A stretch of DNA of 64,000 nucleotides, taken from the NCBI GenBank assembly GCA_019056785.1, contig DXJV01000085.1:1-64000 (forward strand). The letters are read 5' to 3'. The DNA is from Candidatus Heimdallarchaeota archaeon (GTDB lineage Archaea; Asgardarchaeota; Heimdallarchaeia; JABLTI01). Below the pieces are notes generated by a model, which saw only the letters and a program-made list of their open reading frames with translations, made no database searches and was not told where the DNA came from. Each line of letters opens with the position of its first letter. The stretch's first letter is position 1. A program made the position numbers and the translations under genes. Positions 19,756-29,492 of this stretch are shown here, piece by piece.

Positions 19756-21227
19756 TCAAACCAATAATAATTGAGAAGGTTTTTAACAATAATGAAATTA
19801 TCCCAAATTATTGGGCAATTCTTGACCATAAAAATCCTGAAATTATTCGAACAAAGAAGATTATCCCAATAAGTAATGATAATTACAAATTTAAAAGTCT
19901 CATGACTTCTGCAATTAATAATGCCTCAGAAACGATAATGCTCTGTTCATTTATTCTAAGTGATAATGAAATCATTGAGTCACTAATTGCTGCTGCTGAA
20001 AGAAATGTTCGAGTTTATCTTCTTTTTAGTACTGAAACCCAATTAGATAAAGAATTCAAAGAAGACAAGTCAGAATTTGATGTTGAAATGGTTGAAAGTC
20101 ACAAAGCATTTCTTAAGAAAATCTCAGGGAAGGCGCTTGCTCGTTCAGCTATTTTTCATGCTAAATTTCTTTTAGTCGATTATGGCTTGCCAAGTCAAGT
20201 TGGCTTTATTTCAACTGCTAATTTTACTAGTGAAGCCCTCTCTCGAAATCAAGAACTAGGCGTGAGACTTCAATCAAAATCAGACCTTGATATCTTGTTC
20301 TCTTTCTTCCAGCACGGATTTTGGGAGGAAGCTGAAATGGAATTTCACAATGATAGCTGGATTGGTGCGAAAACCTTTTCATTAATTCCAATAGAAACAA
20401 GCGATCGTATTGTTTCCACTTCTAAAAATAATAAATCTCTAAAGAAAAAAATATTGAACTTGATAAAATCAACATCTGGACCACTTATTGTCTCGAGTTA
20501 CAGTTTTAAAATGGATAATGAGTTAACTAAGGCACTTATTGCTTTAGCAAAAGAACGGGAAATAACCATTCTAACACGACCAAGATTTCAAAACTTGGAA
20601 GTATTAAATAGCTTTCTCGCAAATGGTGCAGAAATCTATTGCTATGATTATATTCATGCGAAATTCATTCTCGCCCCAAGAGAAAACAAAGGGATCATAA
20701 TGACTGCTAATTTTGACGATCGTGGAATAGAAACTGGCTATGAGGTTGGTATTGTTTTGAATCCATCGGAGATTGAAGAGTTAAAAACTATTAGTAATTC
20801 ATGGATTGCTAATGCCCAGTATCAATTTAAAGAAGGTAAAAAAATTGTTGAAATTGAAGCAAAAGAAATACAATATTTTGAGGGTAATGAATTAAAGAAG
20901 TTTTCAGTTATCACTGAAGAAAATATTTACGAAGAGAAAAACCCCGAGGACTTAAGAGAAATGAGTCCTTTAAGCAACATAAACAGTTTTAATTTTCAAT
21001 TTAACGATGAAGACAAGCTCATAAAAAAAGTCAATCTTAAGAGAAAAATAATCCCCCCAAAATTACCTGCAGGCGCCAGAAAGTTAAAGGACAATCCATA
21101 CCCTTATGATTTATTTGAATTTAAAGGGCAAAATTATTTACTACTGAAAAATGAAAGAGCGCTAACCAGTATTCTTAAAGAAGCCGGGCATAAAAAGTAT
21201 CACAAGATTCGTTTCGTAACTAATTAA
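19752..21227 (+). CDS. Phospholipase D-superfamily protein with two HKD-like domains (probable nuclease)
   Basis: FHAKFLLVD...STANFT...NQELG and IHAKFILAP...MTANFD...GYEVG. No signal peptide or TM segment. Confidence 0.85.
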   Translation: MIKPIIIEKVFNNNEIIPNYWAILDHKNPEIIRTKKIIPISNDNYKFKSLMTSAINNASETIMLCSFILSDNEIIESLIAAAERNVRVYLLFSTETQLDKEFKEDKSEFDVEMVESHKAFLKKISGKALARSAIFHAKFLLVDYGLPSQVGFISTANFTSEALSRNQELGVRLQSKSDLDILFSFFQHGFWEEAEMEFHNDSWIGAKTFSLIPIETSDRIVSTSKNNKSLKKKILNLIKSTSGPLIVSSYSFKMDNELTKALIALAKEREITILTRPRFQNLEVLNSFLANGAEIYCYDYIHAKFILAPRENKGIIMTANFDDRGIETGYEVGIVLNPSEIEELKTISNSWIANAQYQFKEGKKIVEIEAKEIQYFEGNELKKFSVITEENIYEEKNPEDLREMSPLSNINSFNFQFNDEDKLIKKVNLKRKIIPPKLPAGARKLKDNPYPYDLFEFKGQNYLLLKNERALTSILKEAGHKKYHKIRFVTN

Positions 21228-21332
21228 TTTCTTTTTTTTCTTTAGAATTCTTTCTACTTTAAAATCTAAATGTTTAAATTTCAACATAAACTAATTATTA
21301 GCAGTTAAAATAACACGAAAGGAGCTTTTTAA

Positions 21333-23405
21333 TTGTCGAAAAAATTTTTAGCAATGTTTAGTGTAAGTTTCTTAGTTGCTCTTCTAACGATTTCATGGTC
21401 TTCCTTTTCATTTACCGGTAACTCTTCTCTTACGCCATCTCCTGTTTTGCCTTCTTTTCAGACCCAACCTTCTCCGGCCGATGGCCCTTTGGCTTTTGAC
21501 TATGATTGGTTGGTTTTGAATTACATTGATGGCGACAATAATCTTGAGGCGGAAGCGATTGGGGATATGAATGAGTTGGAGGTTGCTAAGGTTTCTTCCA
21601 GCCGGGTAATGATCCTTGCATTGGTTGATCGTGCAAGTGGTTATGATGACACCAATGGCGATTGGACCGGCACGCGTTTGTATGAGATTACTCATGATTC
21701 TGATGCTGATATCATTGCTTCTACCTTGCTGGTTGATTATGGCGAGCTGAATATGGGTCAGGCTTCGACGCTCGAGTTATTATTGAATTATGGTTTTGCC
21801 AATTATTCTGCCGAGAAAATTTGGTTGAATCTTTGGGACCATGGTGGTGGTATAGATGGCATTTGTTGGGACGATGAGTCAGGCAACGATTATCTTTCTA
21901 TTAACGAGATGCAATCAGCTATTGCTACTAGTACTACTACTTATGGTCGCACCCTTGATCTTATCTCTCATGACGCTTGTTTCATGAACATGATTGAGGT
22001 TGCTTATGAGTTGCGAGATTATGCTGACTTTTTTGTTGCCTCTGAGGACTCTATTCCTGGTATGGGCTATAATTACACTGCAATTATTGATGACTTAGAA
22101 GCAGATACAACGATGAATGCCGAAACTCTTGCAGGGGTACTTGTTGACACTTACGAGGATATGTATGATAGTATTACGACTGATGTCACCCTTTCCGCTT
22201 TGAATTTGAGTTATATTGTGGATTTTGCAGTTCTTACCGATTACTTAGCGCATAACTTAACTGCGGTGTTAAACGATGGTCAGATTTCTGCTGTTAAAAC
22301 AGCTTTTCTTGATTCCTATGATTTTTATGATAATTACATTGTTGACTACAAGGATTTTGTGGACCAATTGCTGGCGAATACTACCCTGATGTCGAGTTAT
22401 CCTGCCTTACAAGCTATTGCAACCAGTGTTCAGTCAGCATTTAGCAACTTAGTGGTAGCGAATTATCAACACAGCAGTTATTCAGGAAAAGCTCAAGGTG
22501 TGACGATTTTCATGCCAGTGCCTTCGAGTACCTATCAGAGTTATATTGATAATTATGTTGGCCATCTTGATAGGTTTGCAGGCATCGATTGGTTGTCTAA
22601 TGTTTATTGGGACGAGTTTTTGGATCTTTTCTATAGTCTCTACGATACGACCAGCATCTATCCAGTCATATCATTGGATGAGCTACTTACTTCGCAATCG
22701 ATCAACTATGATGAGTCCCAATTTTTCGAGTTCAACGCCCCTGAAGACGCTATTTACTTATTCTCGCTGAGCATTCTAGATGGCGATATCGACCTTTACC
22801 TTCGAGATTATTATTCCAACGATATTATTGCCTATAGCCAATTTTACAATCCAGATGACGGTTCCACAGAAAAAATCCAACACTACTTTAAGGGCGGCAA
22901 ATATCTAATTGAAATCTACGGCTTTGAACTTTCACATTACAACTTCATCATTACACAAGAGGAACCAACTATCTTACAATTAAACTCCCTGGTCTCCGGT
23001 AGCAGCGGCAGCCAAGAAGGCACAGATTCTAACCATTATATGCAAATTTTCAATCATTTCTACCAGATAACTCTGTTAGAGGGTGATTATCAGATAACTA
23101 TCACCTATGATAGCGATGTGGTGGACTTTGACCTCTTCCTTTTGAGTACAAATTTCGTTGAGCTAAATAAATCCGCAAGCATTTATGACAAGGATGAAAT
23201 TGTTGTTAACGTTAACTCTGAGACAACGTACATTATTGCTGTCTATAGTTATTCAGGTCATGGCTCATTTAATCTCATTGTAACTGTTTATACTCCTCCA
23301 AGCCCATCGCCTTCAGGGTTCATTCCGGGCTTTACAGCAGCAATTGCTCTGGTAGCCCTTTTGGGTCTTAACACAATTGTTTTCCTTAGAAAGAAAAGGA
23401 GCTAA
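21333..23405 (+). CDS. Clostripain-family (C11) peptidase with PPC-like domains and a PGF-type C-terminal anchor
   Basis: YIDGDNNLE, ELNMG, LWDHGGG (His), HDACFM (Cys), ASED; DIDLYL/DFDLFL PPC-like repeats; PGF-TM-RKKRS tail. Confidence 0.85.
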   Translation: MSKKFLAMFSVSFLVALLTISWSSFSFTGNSSLTPSPVLPSFQTQPSPADGPLAFDYDWLVLNYIDGDNNLEAEAIGDMNELEVAKVSSSRVMILALVDRASGYDDTNGDWTGTRLYEITHDSDADIIASTLLVDYGELNMGQASTLELLLNYGFANYSAEKIWLNLWDHGGGIDGICWDDESGNDYLSINEMQSAIATSTTTYGRTLDLISHDACFMNMIEVAYELRDYADFFVASEDSIPGMGYNYTAIIDDLEADTTMNAETLAGVLVDTYEDMYDSITTDVTLSALNLSYIVDFAVLTDYLAHNLTAVLNDGQISAVKTAFLDSYDFYDNYIVDYKDFVDQLLANTTLMSSYPALQAIATSVQSAFSNLVVANYQHSSYSGKAQGVTIFMPVPSSTYQSYIDNYVGHLDRFAGIDWLSNVYWDEFLDLFYSLYDTTSIYPVISLDELLTSQSINYDESQFFEFNAPEDAIYLFSLSILDGDIDLYLRDYYSNDIIAYSQFYNPDDGSTEKIQHYFKGGKYLIEIYGFELSHYNFIITQEEPTILQLNSLVSGSSGSQEGTDSNHYMQIFNHFYQITLLEGDYQITITYDSDVVDFDLFLLSTNFVELNKSASIYDKDEIVVNVNSETTYIIAVYSYSGHGSFNLIVTVYTPPSPSPSGFIPGFTAAIALVALLGLNTIVFLRKKRS

Positions 23406-23438
23406 TTATAATTCCTTTTCTCCCTCTTTTCTCTTTTT

Positions 23439-23891
23439 CTAATCTTCCCAATCAAAATCATTGTTGTATTGAAAAACGAAGTCTATTTCTTCTGGGATTT
23501 CAAACCCAATCACTTTTTTAAACTGCTGGATGTTTCTTTTGCCGACAATAAAAAGCTCGGGCCGTTCATCTTCTCTTTGCGGGAAGTAAAGAAAAGAATG
23601 GATCCCAAACATTTGCAGTCCTTTTTGATAGCGTTCCAGTTTCAAGAAGTTGTGTTGTTGAATCGAGAGAATAATGTTTGTATTGTTGTTAAAGTAAATG
23701 ACCCCACAACTATCGAACACGCCACGGAGAAAGGATTGTAAATTACTCTTATCCATTGAGACTATTTCGCCACTTTCATCTGCACTGCTTCTTTGAGTAG
23801 TGTGGTGCTCTAAATTATGAATCAACTTCTCTTTATCGAAACTCTTCAAAAGGCTTTCACCAAATGTATTGCTCAATCTATCTCTCAGCAA
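23439..23891 (-). CDS. LAGLIDADG-like domain protein
   Basis: FLRGVFDSCGVI helix and IQQFKKVIGF motif typical of LAGLIDADG_3 domains. Confidence 0.55.
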   Translation of the reverse strand: MLRDRLSNTFGESLLKSFDKEKLIHNLEHHTTQRSSADESGEIVSMDKSNLQSFLRGVFDSCGVIYFNNNTNIILSIQQHNFLKLERYQKGLQMFGIHSFLYFPQREDERPELFIVGKRNIQQFKKVIGFEIPEEIDFVFQYNNDFDWED

Positions 23892-23993
23892 TTTTCTTTA
23901 AAAATCCCTAATAGAGACCTTCTGTTTAAAATTTCTTCAGTTTTCAGAGGTTTTTTTAGTGAAATGGTTACTAGTTCAGAGAAAAGGTAAACG

Positions 23994-25094
23994 TTGGAAA
24001 TTAAAGCAATGCCCTCTTTGAACCCCTTCCAAATTCGTGCTCCAGGAAGAGTGTTCCTCTTTGGAGAGCATAGTGATTATTTTCATCTTCAGGTTATTTC
24101 AGCGGCTCTTAATCTAGCAATTTTTCTCGAAGTCGTTCCACGAGAGGATGATAAACTGGTAGTTAACTTCCAGAACCTGGGGACAACCGATCAGTTCTCG
24201 ATTCGAGACAAGTTGCTCCCTTATCGTTTTTCCCGGGATTATTTACGAAGCGCTTTTAATGTTATGAAAAAGCATGGCTTCACAATAAAAACAGGGGCAA
24301 CTATTACTGTTCGTGGGACAATACCGATCGCTACAGGGTTATCAAGTTCATCAGCTCTTGTTGTGGCAGCAATACAAGCCTTTGCTCAGTTAGCCGAAGT
24401 TTCTTTGACAAAAGTTGAAATTGCTCGATATGCTTTTCAAGCGGAAGTTGAGGAATTCAAAGAAGCTGGTGGAATGATGGATCATTTGGCCTCCACGTTT
24501 GGGGGCGTTTTGCATGTTGATTTTTCCCAGCCTTTGCGAAGAACACCTCTCCACATCCAACTCGAGGGTTTTGTAATTGGTGATTCTCTCGAGAAAAAAG
24601 TTGATACTGTGGGTGATATAAAAATGATTAAATCAACAGTACAAACTGGCTATCAAAAGCTTAGCAAGTTTCTACCCGAATTTAATCATCGGCTTACAGC
24701 TCTCGAGGAAATTAGGCCCTTTCTCTTCCATTTGTCTGAACCAATGCGAACAATGACTGAAACAACATTAAAAAATAGAGATTTAACAAAAAGAGCGTTT
24801 ACTTTATTAAAACAAGGGAAGGTGAAACCCACTCTTCTTGGTGAGCTCTTGGATAGGCATCATCAACTGCTGCGAGATGGATTAAAGCGTTCGACTGTAA
24901 AAATAGAGCGAATGATTGTTGCGGCAAAAAAAGCCGGCGCACTCGGAGCAAAGATGAATGGTAGTGGTGGTGGGGGAACGATGCTTGCTTATGCCCCAGG
25001 CCTAGAGAAGGAAGTTGCCGCTGCAATAGAACGAGAAGGCGGAAAAGCTTATCGTGTTGCTATTAGTCTTGGCGTGACGATTACGCGTTTCTAA
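23994..25094 (+). CDS. GHMP kinase, galactokinase-like
   Basis: RAPGRVFLFGEHSDY, PIATGLSSSSA, GMMDH, GAKMNGSGGGG. Confidence 0.85.
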   Translation: MEIKAMPSLNPFQIRAPGRVFLFGEHSDYFHLQVISAALNLAIFLEVVPREDDKLVVNFQNLGTTDQFSIRDKLLPYRFSRDYLRSAFNVMKKHGFTIKTGATITVRGTIPIATGLSSSSALVVAAIQAFAQLAEVSLTKVEIARYAFQAEVEEFKEAGGMMDHLASTFGGVLHVDFSQPLRRTPLHIQLEGFVIGDSLEKKVDTVGDIKMIKSTVQTGYQKLSKFLPEFNHRLTALEEIRPFLFHLSEPMRTMTETTLKNRDLTKRAFTLLKQGKVKPTLLGELLDRHHQLLRDGLKRSTVKIERMIVAAKKAGALGAKMNGSGGGGTMLAYAPGLEKEVAAAIEREGGKAYRVAISLGVTITRF

Positions 25095-25130
25095 AGCAAA
25101 TAGTTTTTTACTGAATAAAGAATTAGTCAA

Positions 25131-25727
25131 ATGCAACTCATTGGTGGAAAGTTTATGACTACCGAAAACACTCAAGAGAAAACCTGCGAACAAAAAGAAA
25201 CGAATTTGTTGCTCGTACGGGTGGAATACCTTGAGGATGAAATTAGTCTAAAAAGTACCTATGAGTATCAAGCCATTCATGCGTTTAAGGGTTATAATGA
25301 AATTCGCTTTGCAATTTTTAACCATTTGAAAGAAGAGTTCATTGATCCAGTAATTAATAAAGGATTGCAAAAAGAAGAGCAAAAGCAACTCTTTAAAGAA
25401 AATTATAATGAATTTATTCGTTTTCTCGAGCGAAAAATTAGATATTGGTTGGCAGAATTTCTTAACTCGAAGGAGTTGCGAAAGGTCGTTGTTAGTTACA
25501 ATAATCATCTCGTCCAAGAACTCGAGTATAACTATCTAGCAACAAGAGAACAAATGGCAAAACCCGACATTACAAAACTGACGAAAATAAGTAATGATTA
25601 TCTCCAGCACGCGTTGGTAACTTCTTTCCCTAAACGAATTAGTTCCTATATCTTGTCGAAAAACAAATACAAAGAACATCTCTTAGGGTTTTTCAACGAA
25701 TTCCTAAAATACCTAATCATCTTTTGA
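25131..25727 (+). CDS. Hypothetical protein
   Basis: 198-aa ORF filling the gap between genes; no motif recognised. Confidence 0.5.
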   Translation: MQLIGGKFMTTENTQEKTCEQKETNLLLVRVEYLEDEISLKSTYEYQAIHAFKGYNEIRFAIFNHLKEEFIDPVINKGLQKEEQKQLFKENYNEFIRFLERKIRYWLAEFLNSKELRKVVVSYNNHLVQELEYNYLATREQMAKPDITKLTKISNDYLQHALVTSFPKRISSYILSKNKYKEHLLGFFNEFLKYLIIF

Positions 25728-25742
25728 AATAGAACCGCATAC

Positions 25743-26336
25743 TCATTCCTTAGTGAAGTGATGAACCTTTTCGTGGGCAAAAGAGTCCCAATGCAACATT
25801 TTCGCTGTAAAAACACCATTATAGCGGAAGAATGCCTTACTCATGTCAAGCAACTCCTCTAACGTTAGATTCAATTCACGATAATGGCCAAAAAAGATGG
25901 CTAAACGACCTTTTGGTTTCAAAACACGGTGGAATTCTTTCAATAACTCAGTATATGCCTGCACCCCTTGTCGCCGGCAGAGAGAATATAAAACATCAAA
26001 GAACAAAATAAAGTCAACAGAATTGTCTCCTAATGGAATCGTTACCTCTCCTGTAGTGAGAATAGTTTCAATGTTTTTAAGCTCATAAAACCGAGCTCGT
26101 CTCACCAATTCGTCTAAGGCTCCCGCATCGACATCAAGAGCATAGACTTTACCATCAGGGCCAACAAACATCGCAGCTGGAATAGCATAATTTCCTACGC
26201 GAGAACCGAAATCTAAAATAGTGTCATTTTTCTCGAGTTTTAATTGTTGGAAGAATGCCCGCGCCTCGCTATCAAACCATTTAGCAACATCTGAGGGTAA
26301 ATTTAATTTTTGTTGATGCTTATGTGGTGAAGTCAT
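25743..26336 (-). CDS. Class I SAM-dependent methyltransferase
   Basis: ILDFGSRVG, VYALDVD, SVDFI, RVLKPKG. Confidence 0.8.
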   Translation of the reverse strand: MTSPHKHQQKLNLPSDVAKWFDSEARAFFQQLKLEKNDTILDFGSRVGNYAIPAAMFVGPDGKVYALDVDAGALDELVRRARFYELKNIETILTTGEVTIPLGDNSVDFILFFDVLYSLCRRQGVQAYTELLKEFHRVLKPKGRLAIFFGHYRELNLTLEELLDMSKAFFRYNGVFTAKMLHWDSFAHEKVHHFTKE

Positions 26337-26505
26337 GAAGAGTACATCTCGAAGAATAACTAATGGCCATTCTTCTTAGAAAACTTTTGGTTAATATTCT
26401 TAAAGGGTTGATTAATAGTATTTTGACTGATGAAGAGAAAAAGCATGTCATCTTTCTCTCGAAAAGATTTTTTAATCAGTAGAGAGCTCTCTCGCAAGAG
26501 AAAAG

Positions 26506-27225
26506 ATGTATAGGGAATTTGCCAAATATTATGATAAAATCTACCATCGGAAGAATTACAAAAAAGAGGTTCGCGTCCTAAAAAAATTGATCCGTCGATA
26601 TAAGCGGTCCCTTGGAAATGATCTTTTAGACTTAGCAACAGGCACGGGCAACCACATTGCCTACTTTTGTGATAGTTTTAATTGCACAGGCTTAGACCTT
26701 AACGAAGAGATATTGGCTGTTGCGCGTTCAAAAGGATTAAACGCAACCTTCGTTCAGGGAGACATGCAGGATTTCAATCTGCAGAAGCAATTCGATGTTA
26801 TAACCTGTCTTTTCAGCTCGATTGGTTATCTTTTAACGGAAGCAGCTCTTGAAAAGACTTTCAAATGCATCTATCACCATTTGAAACCCGGAGGAGTTGT
26901 GTTTATTGAACCGTGGTTAGAAAGAGAAGTTTATTGTGTAGGGTCCCCCCATATGGAAATCTATGACGATAACGACCTTAAAATAGCTCGTTTGAATGTT
27001 TCTGAGTTAAAAAAAGAGTCTATCGCTTATTTTAAAATGCATTATCTGGTTGCTGAAAGAAACAAACCAGTCGAGTATTTCGTAGATGAACACGAATTGG
27101 CACTTTTCCCCCATAGTTTACTTATTACTAAGATGCAAGAAGTAGGACTGAAGACCAAAGTTTACGCGAAAGGGGTCTTTAAGAGAAGAACATTGCTCAT
27201 CGGATTAAAACTGGAAAAAGTCTAA
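26506..27225 (+). CDS. Class I SAM-dependent methyltransferase (TylM1/DesVI-like)
   Basis: AKYYD, LLDLATGTG, GDMQDF, FDVITCLFSSIGY, HLKPGGVVFIEPW. Confidence 0.85.
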   Translation: MYREFAKYYDKIYHRKNYKKEVRVLKKLIRRYKRSLGNDLLDLATGTGNHIAYFCDSFNCTGLDLNEEILAVARSKGLNATFVQGDMQDFNLQKQFDVITCLFSSIGYLLTEAALEKTFKCIYHHLKPGGVVFIEPWLEREVYCVGSPHMEIYDDNDLKIARLNVSELKKESIAYFKMHYLVAERNKPVEYFVDEHELALFPHSLLITKMQEVGLKTKVYAKGVFKRRTLLIGLKLEKV

Positions 27226-27503
27226 TTCCATTCTTTTTTAGTAGTGTTTTTATGTCCAAATAGAAAATCATTGTAAAAATAGAGTGATAATTTTGGCTGA
27301 AATAATTGCAAAAGAAAAAGAACGAGAAGAAATACCAACAATCCACCTTTTTGTGAAGAAACAGACCCAATTTTATATTCGATCCAATGTTACCGTGACA
27401 ACAACAAAAGTTCGATTACTAAAACGCGCAGAGTAACGGGGAAAGTTTGGACTAACAATTCCTTGGTACATTGCAAGCTCTTTTTCGTATGTAAAATTAG
27501 CAG

Positions 27504-28563
27504 TCATTTCAGAAAGACCATTTCGTGTAGTGCTTCAGTCTGCTCAATTATGGTTCCATTCTCAGTCGTACATTCAACATTACAAGTTGACAGGAAGCGA
27601 AAATAGCCGGGTTTAATCTTGAGAATTTTTTTCGTGAAAAATTGTACCAACCTGCTCTGTTCTGACAGAAGGTCTTGCGCATCAATGATCTTTTATATTT
27701 CCAGTTGTACTTTTACCTGTGAAGGAATCTCGAGTTGAAACCTTTTTGGATAATAAGAATGAATTCTCGTGTTTAGGGCAATTTCTTTAGTAGAGATGAT
27801 GAATTCGCCGGTGCTATTTTTCAGTTTGTCCTTTTCAGCAAGCATAAAGACAGCTATTTTATAGTTCTTCATTTTTTTATTTAATTGAATAATCGCAAAA
27901 ATCACTGTGAAAGTTTTTGTGTAGATTTTTCCCCATTGCCAGCAGTCAATAATTTTGGAAAGATTAACCCCAGAACCCCAAGTGATCGTGATAGCCAATG
28001 CCTTCCTTTGTGAATTCTTCAGTCCCGAAACGGACCTGTGCTTTGACTTGTGCTCTAGGGAGGGGGACAATCCAGTGAAAATATCCCTTTTGCCCAAACG
28101 TGGTGAATCCTTTGCTTGGTTTCCAGCCAGAAACGATGCCGGTGAAATGAAGTTTGATGGAGATTTCGTCCTCTTCAACAAACAATTCATATACAGGTGC
28201 CTCTGCAAAAGAATAATCGACATGAAGATAATTGTTTCGAAGCTTGATGTCAGTTTTTTTCTGTGATGCTTTAAATTCATGCGTTTGAAAAGGGAAACGA
28301 TAAGATTCCTTTCCTCCCTCCGGCTTGTAAATTGTTACTTCAATTTTTGTTTTCCAGGATAAATGGTTACGGGCATAGAAAAAGACAATCACTGTAAAGC
28401 CGTTATCTAAATGTGTGTCGAAATACCATCACTTGAAATTATCCCTCTTAGCGAGATCAATGTGTAACCCCCTTTCTTCCGGCGTAAGTGATTGTATTTT
28501 TCCATCCTTTTTTCCAGGACCAATCCATCCTTCATTGACTTCGGTTGCGAGTTTATGTGACAT
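27504..28563 (-). pseudogene. Disrupted paralogue of the CrtC/AttH-like gene at 3282
   Basis: From ATG 28563: NFK*WYFDTHLDNG (TGA at 28429-28431 in the FEWWY Trp position). A frameshift after GYHDH (~27978) continues as WGSGVNLSKIIDCWQWG. There is an internal TAA at 27693-27695, then ...PGYFRF...ALHEMVFLK* to 27504. Confidence 0.8.
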
Positions 28564-28679
28564 TGAATGATCTCTTTTTCTATTATTTTGGGCCAATAAT
28601 TATTTGAATCTAACCTTTTTTATAAGACATCGCGGGTGTTTTTTGGAAAACAACACTAAAAAAGAAGGAAAGAGGGGGA

Positions 28680-29492
28680 TTATTCGTTTGCATAAGCTTC
28701 TAAGCCAAAAGCTTCGCCGAGAAGCTGATGTAACCTGCTTACAAAACGGACTGCTGGGGCGCCATCAACAATATCATGATCAAATTCAACAACAATGTGG
28801 AGAATGTCGCGGGGCACGAGTTCGTTGTTTATATAGACAGGTTTTTTTACAATCGCTCCTAATGCACAAGTAGTTGCGTGAAAGGTCTTTGGAATGGCAT
28901 AGCCGACAATACCTTTACCAAACATTCCCATAGCTGTTACTCCCACAGTTCCTAGGTTCTTCCGGATTTTAAAGGGGTCTTTAATAATACTGCGCCAGAG
29001 AAGAGCCCGAATTATCTTAGGTAACTTCATAAGCAATTTTTGCCGCTTTTTCTGTTTTGCTTCTTTCTCGCGCTGATCTTTGGAATGCTTTTGAGCCATG
29101 CGAATTTCGTTTTGAATTTCTTGAAAAGACTTCTTATTTGCTTGTCGTATGATGTACGCAATAGGAACTTTTTGGCCGCGAACCTCTTTTTCAACAAGGC
29201 ATTTTATATCGACATCTTTGAATTGGATCATCTTCCGCCGCCCCTTTCGGAAGGTCTGGACAATGGGGTTCTCTTCAACAACTTGGGCAACGCATTTCAT
29301 AATCCAAGAGGTAATGGACAGCTTTTCACCTGTTTTCTCTTCATGCTTTTTCATTATTGCCATTGCTTTAGTGACATCCATTTCAACAATGCCAATATTA
29401 TGATTGTAATAACGACTGAGATTTACTGCTTCAGCAATTATTTCTCGTTCTTTAGTAAATTTCAAAACACGATAATTTTCTGTTTCTGTCAT
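28680..29492 (-). CDS. 2-oxoacid dehydrogenase acyltransferase (E2) catalytic-domain-only protein
   Basis: GTVGVTAMG, FDHDIVDGAPAVRF (HxxxDG); no lipoyl domain. Start moved to ATG 29492 (MTETENY) because the upstream extension is low-complexity. Confidence 0.8.
   Translation of the reverse strand: MTETENYRVLKFTKEREIIAEAVNLSRYYNHNIGIVEMDVTKAMAIMKKHEEKTGEKLSITSWIMKCVAQVVEENPIVQTFRKGRRKMIQFKDVDIKCLVEKEVRGQKVPIAYIIRQANKKSFQEIQNEIRMAQKHSKDQREKEAKQKKRQKLLMKLPKIIRALLWRSIIKDPFKIRKNLGTVGVTAMGMFGKGIVGYAIPKTFHATTCALGAIVKKPVYINNELVPRDILHIVVEFDHDIVDGAPAVRFVSRLHQLLGEAFGLEAYANE

Noticed and set aside
8476-21332. Island as an integrative element or transposon
   Set aside because: No integrase or transposase, no adjacent tRNA, and no terminal direct or inverted repeats found by eye.
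27294-27437. 47-codon TTG-started ORF after the methyltransferase
   Set aside because: Short, with no recognisable motif; it may be a gene remnant but is unsupported.
28429-28431. TGA read as Trp or Sec (alternative genetic code)
   Set aside because: The same gene also has a frameshift and a TAA, and TGA terminates many intact genes in the window.
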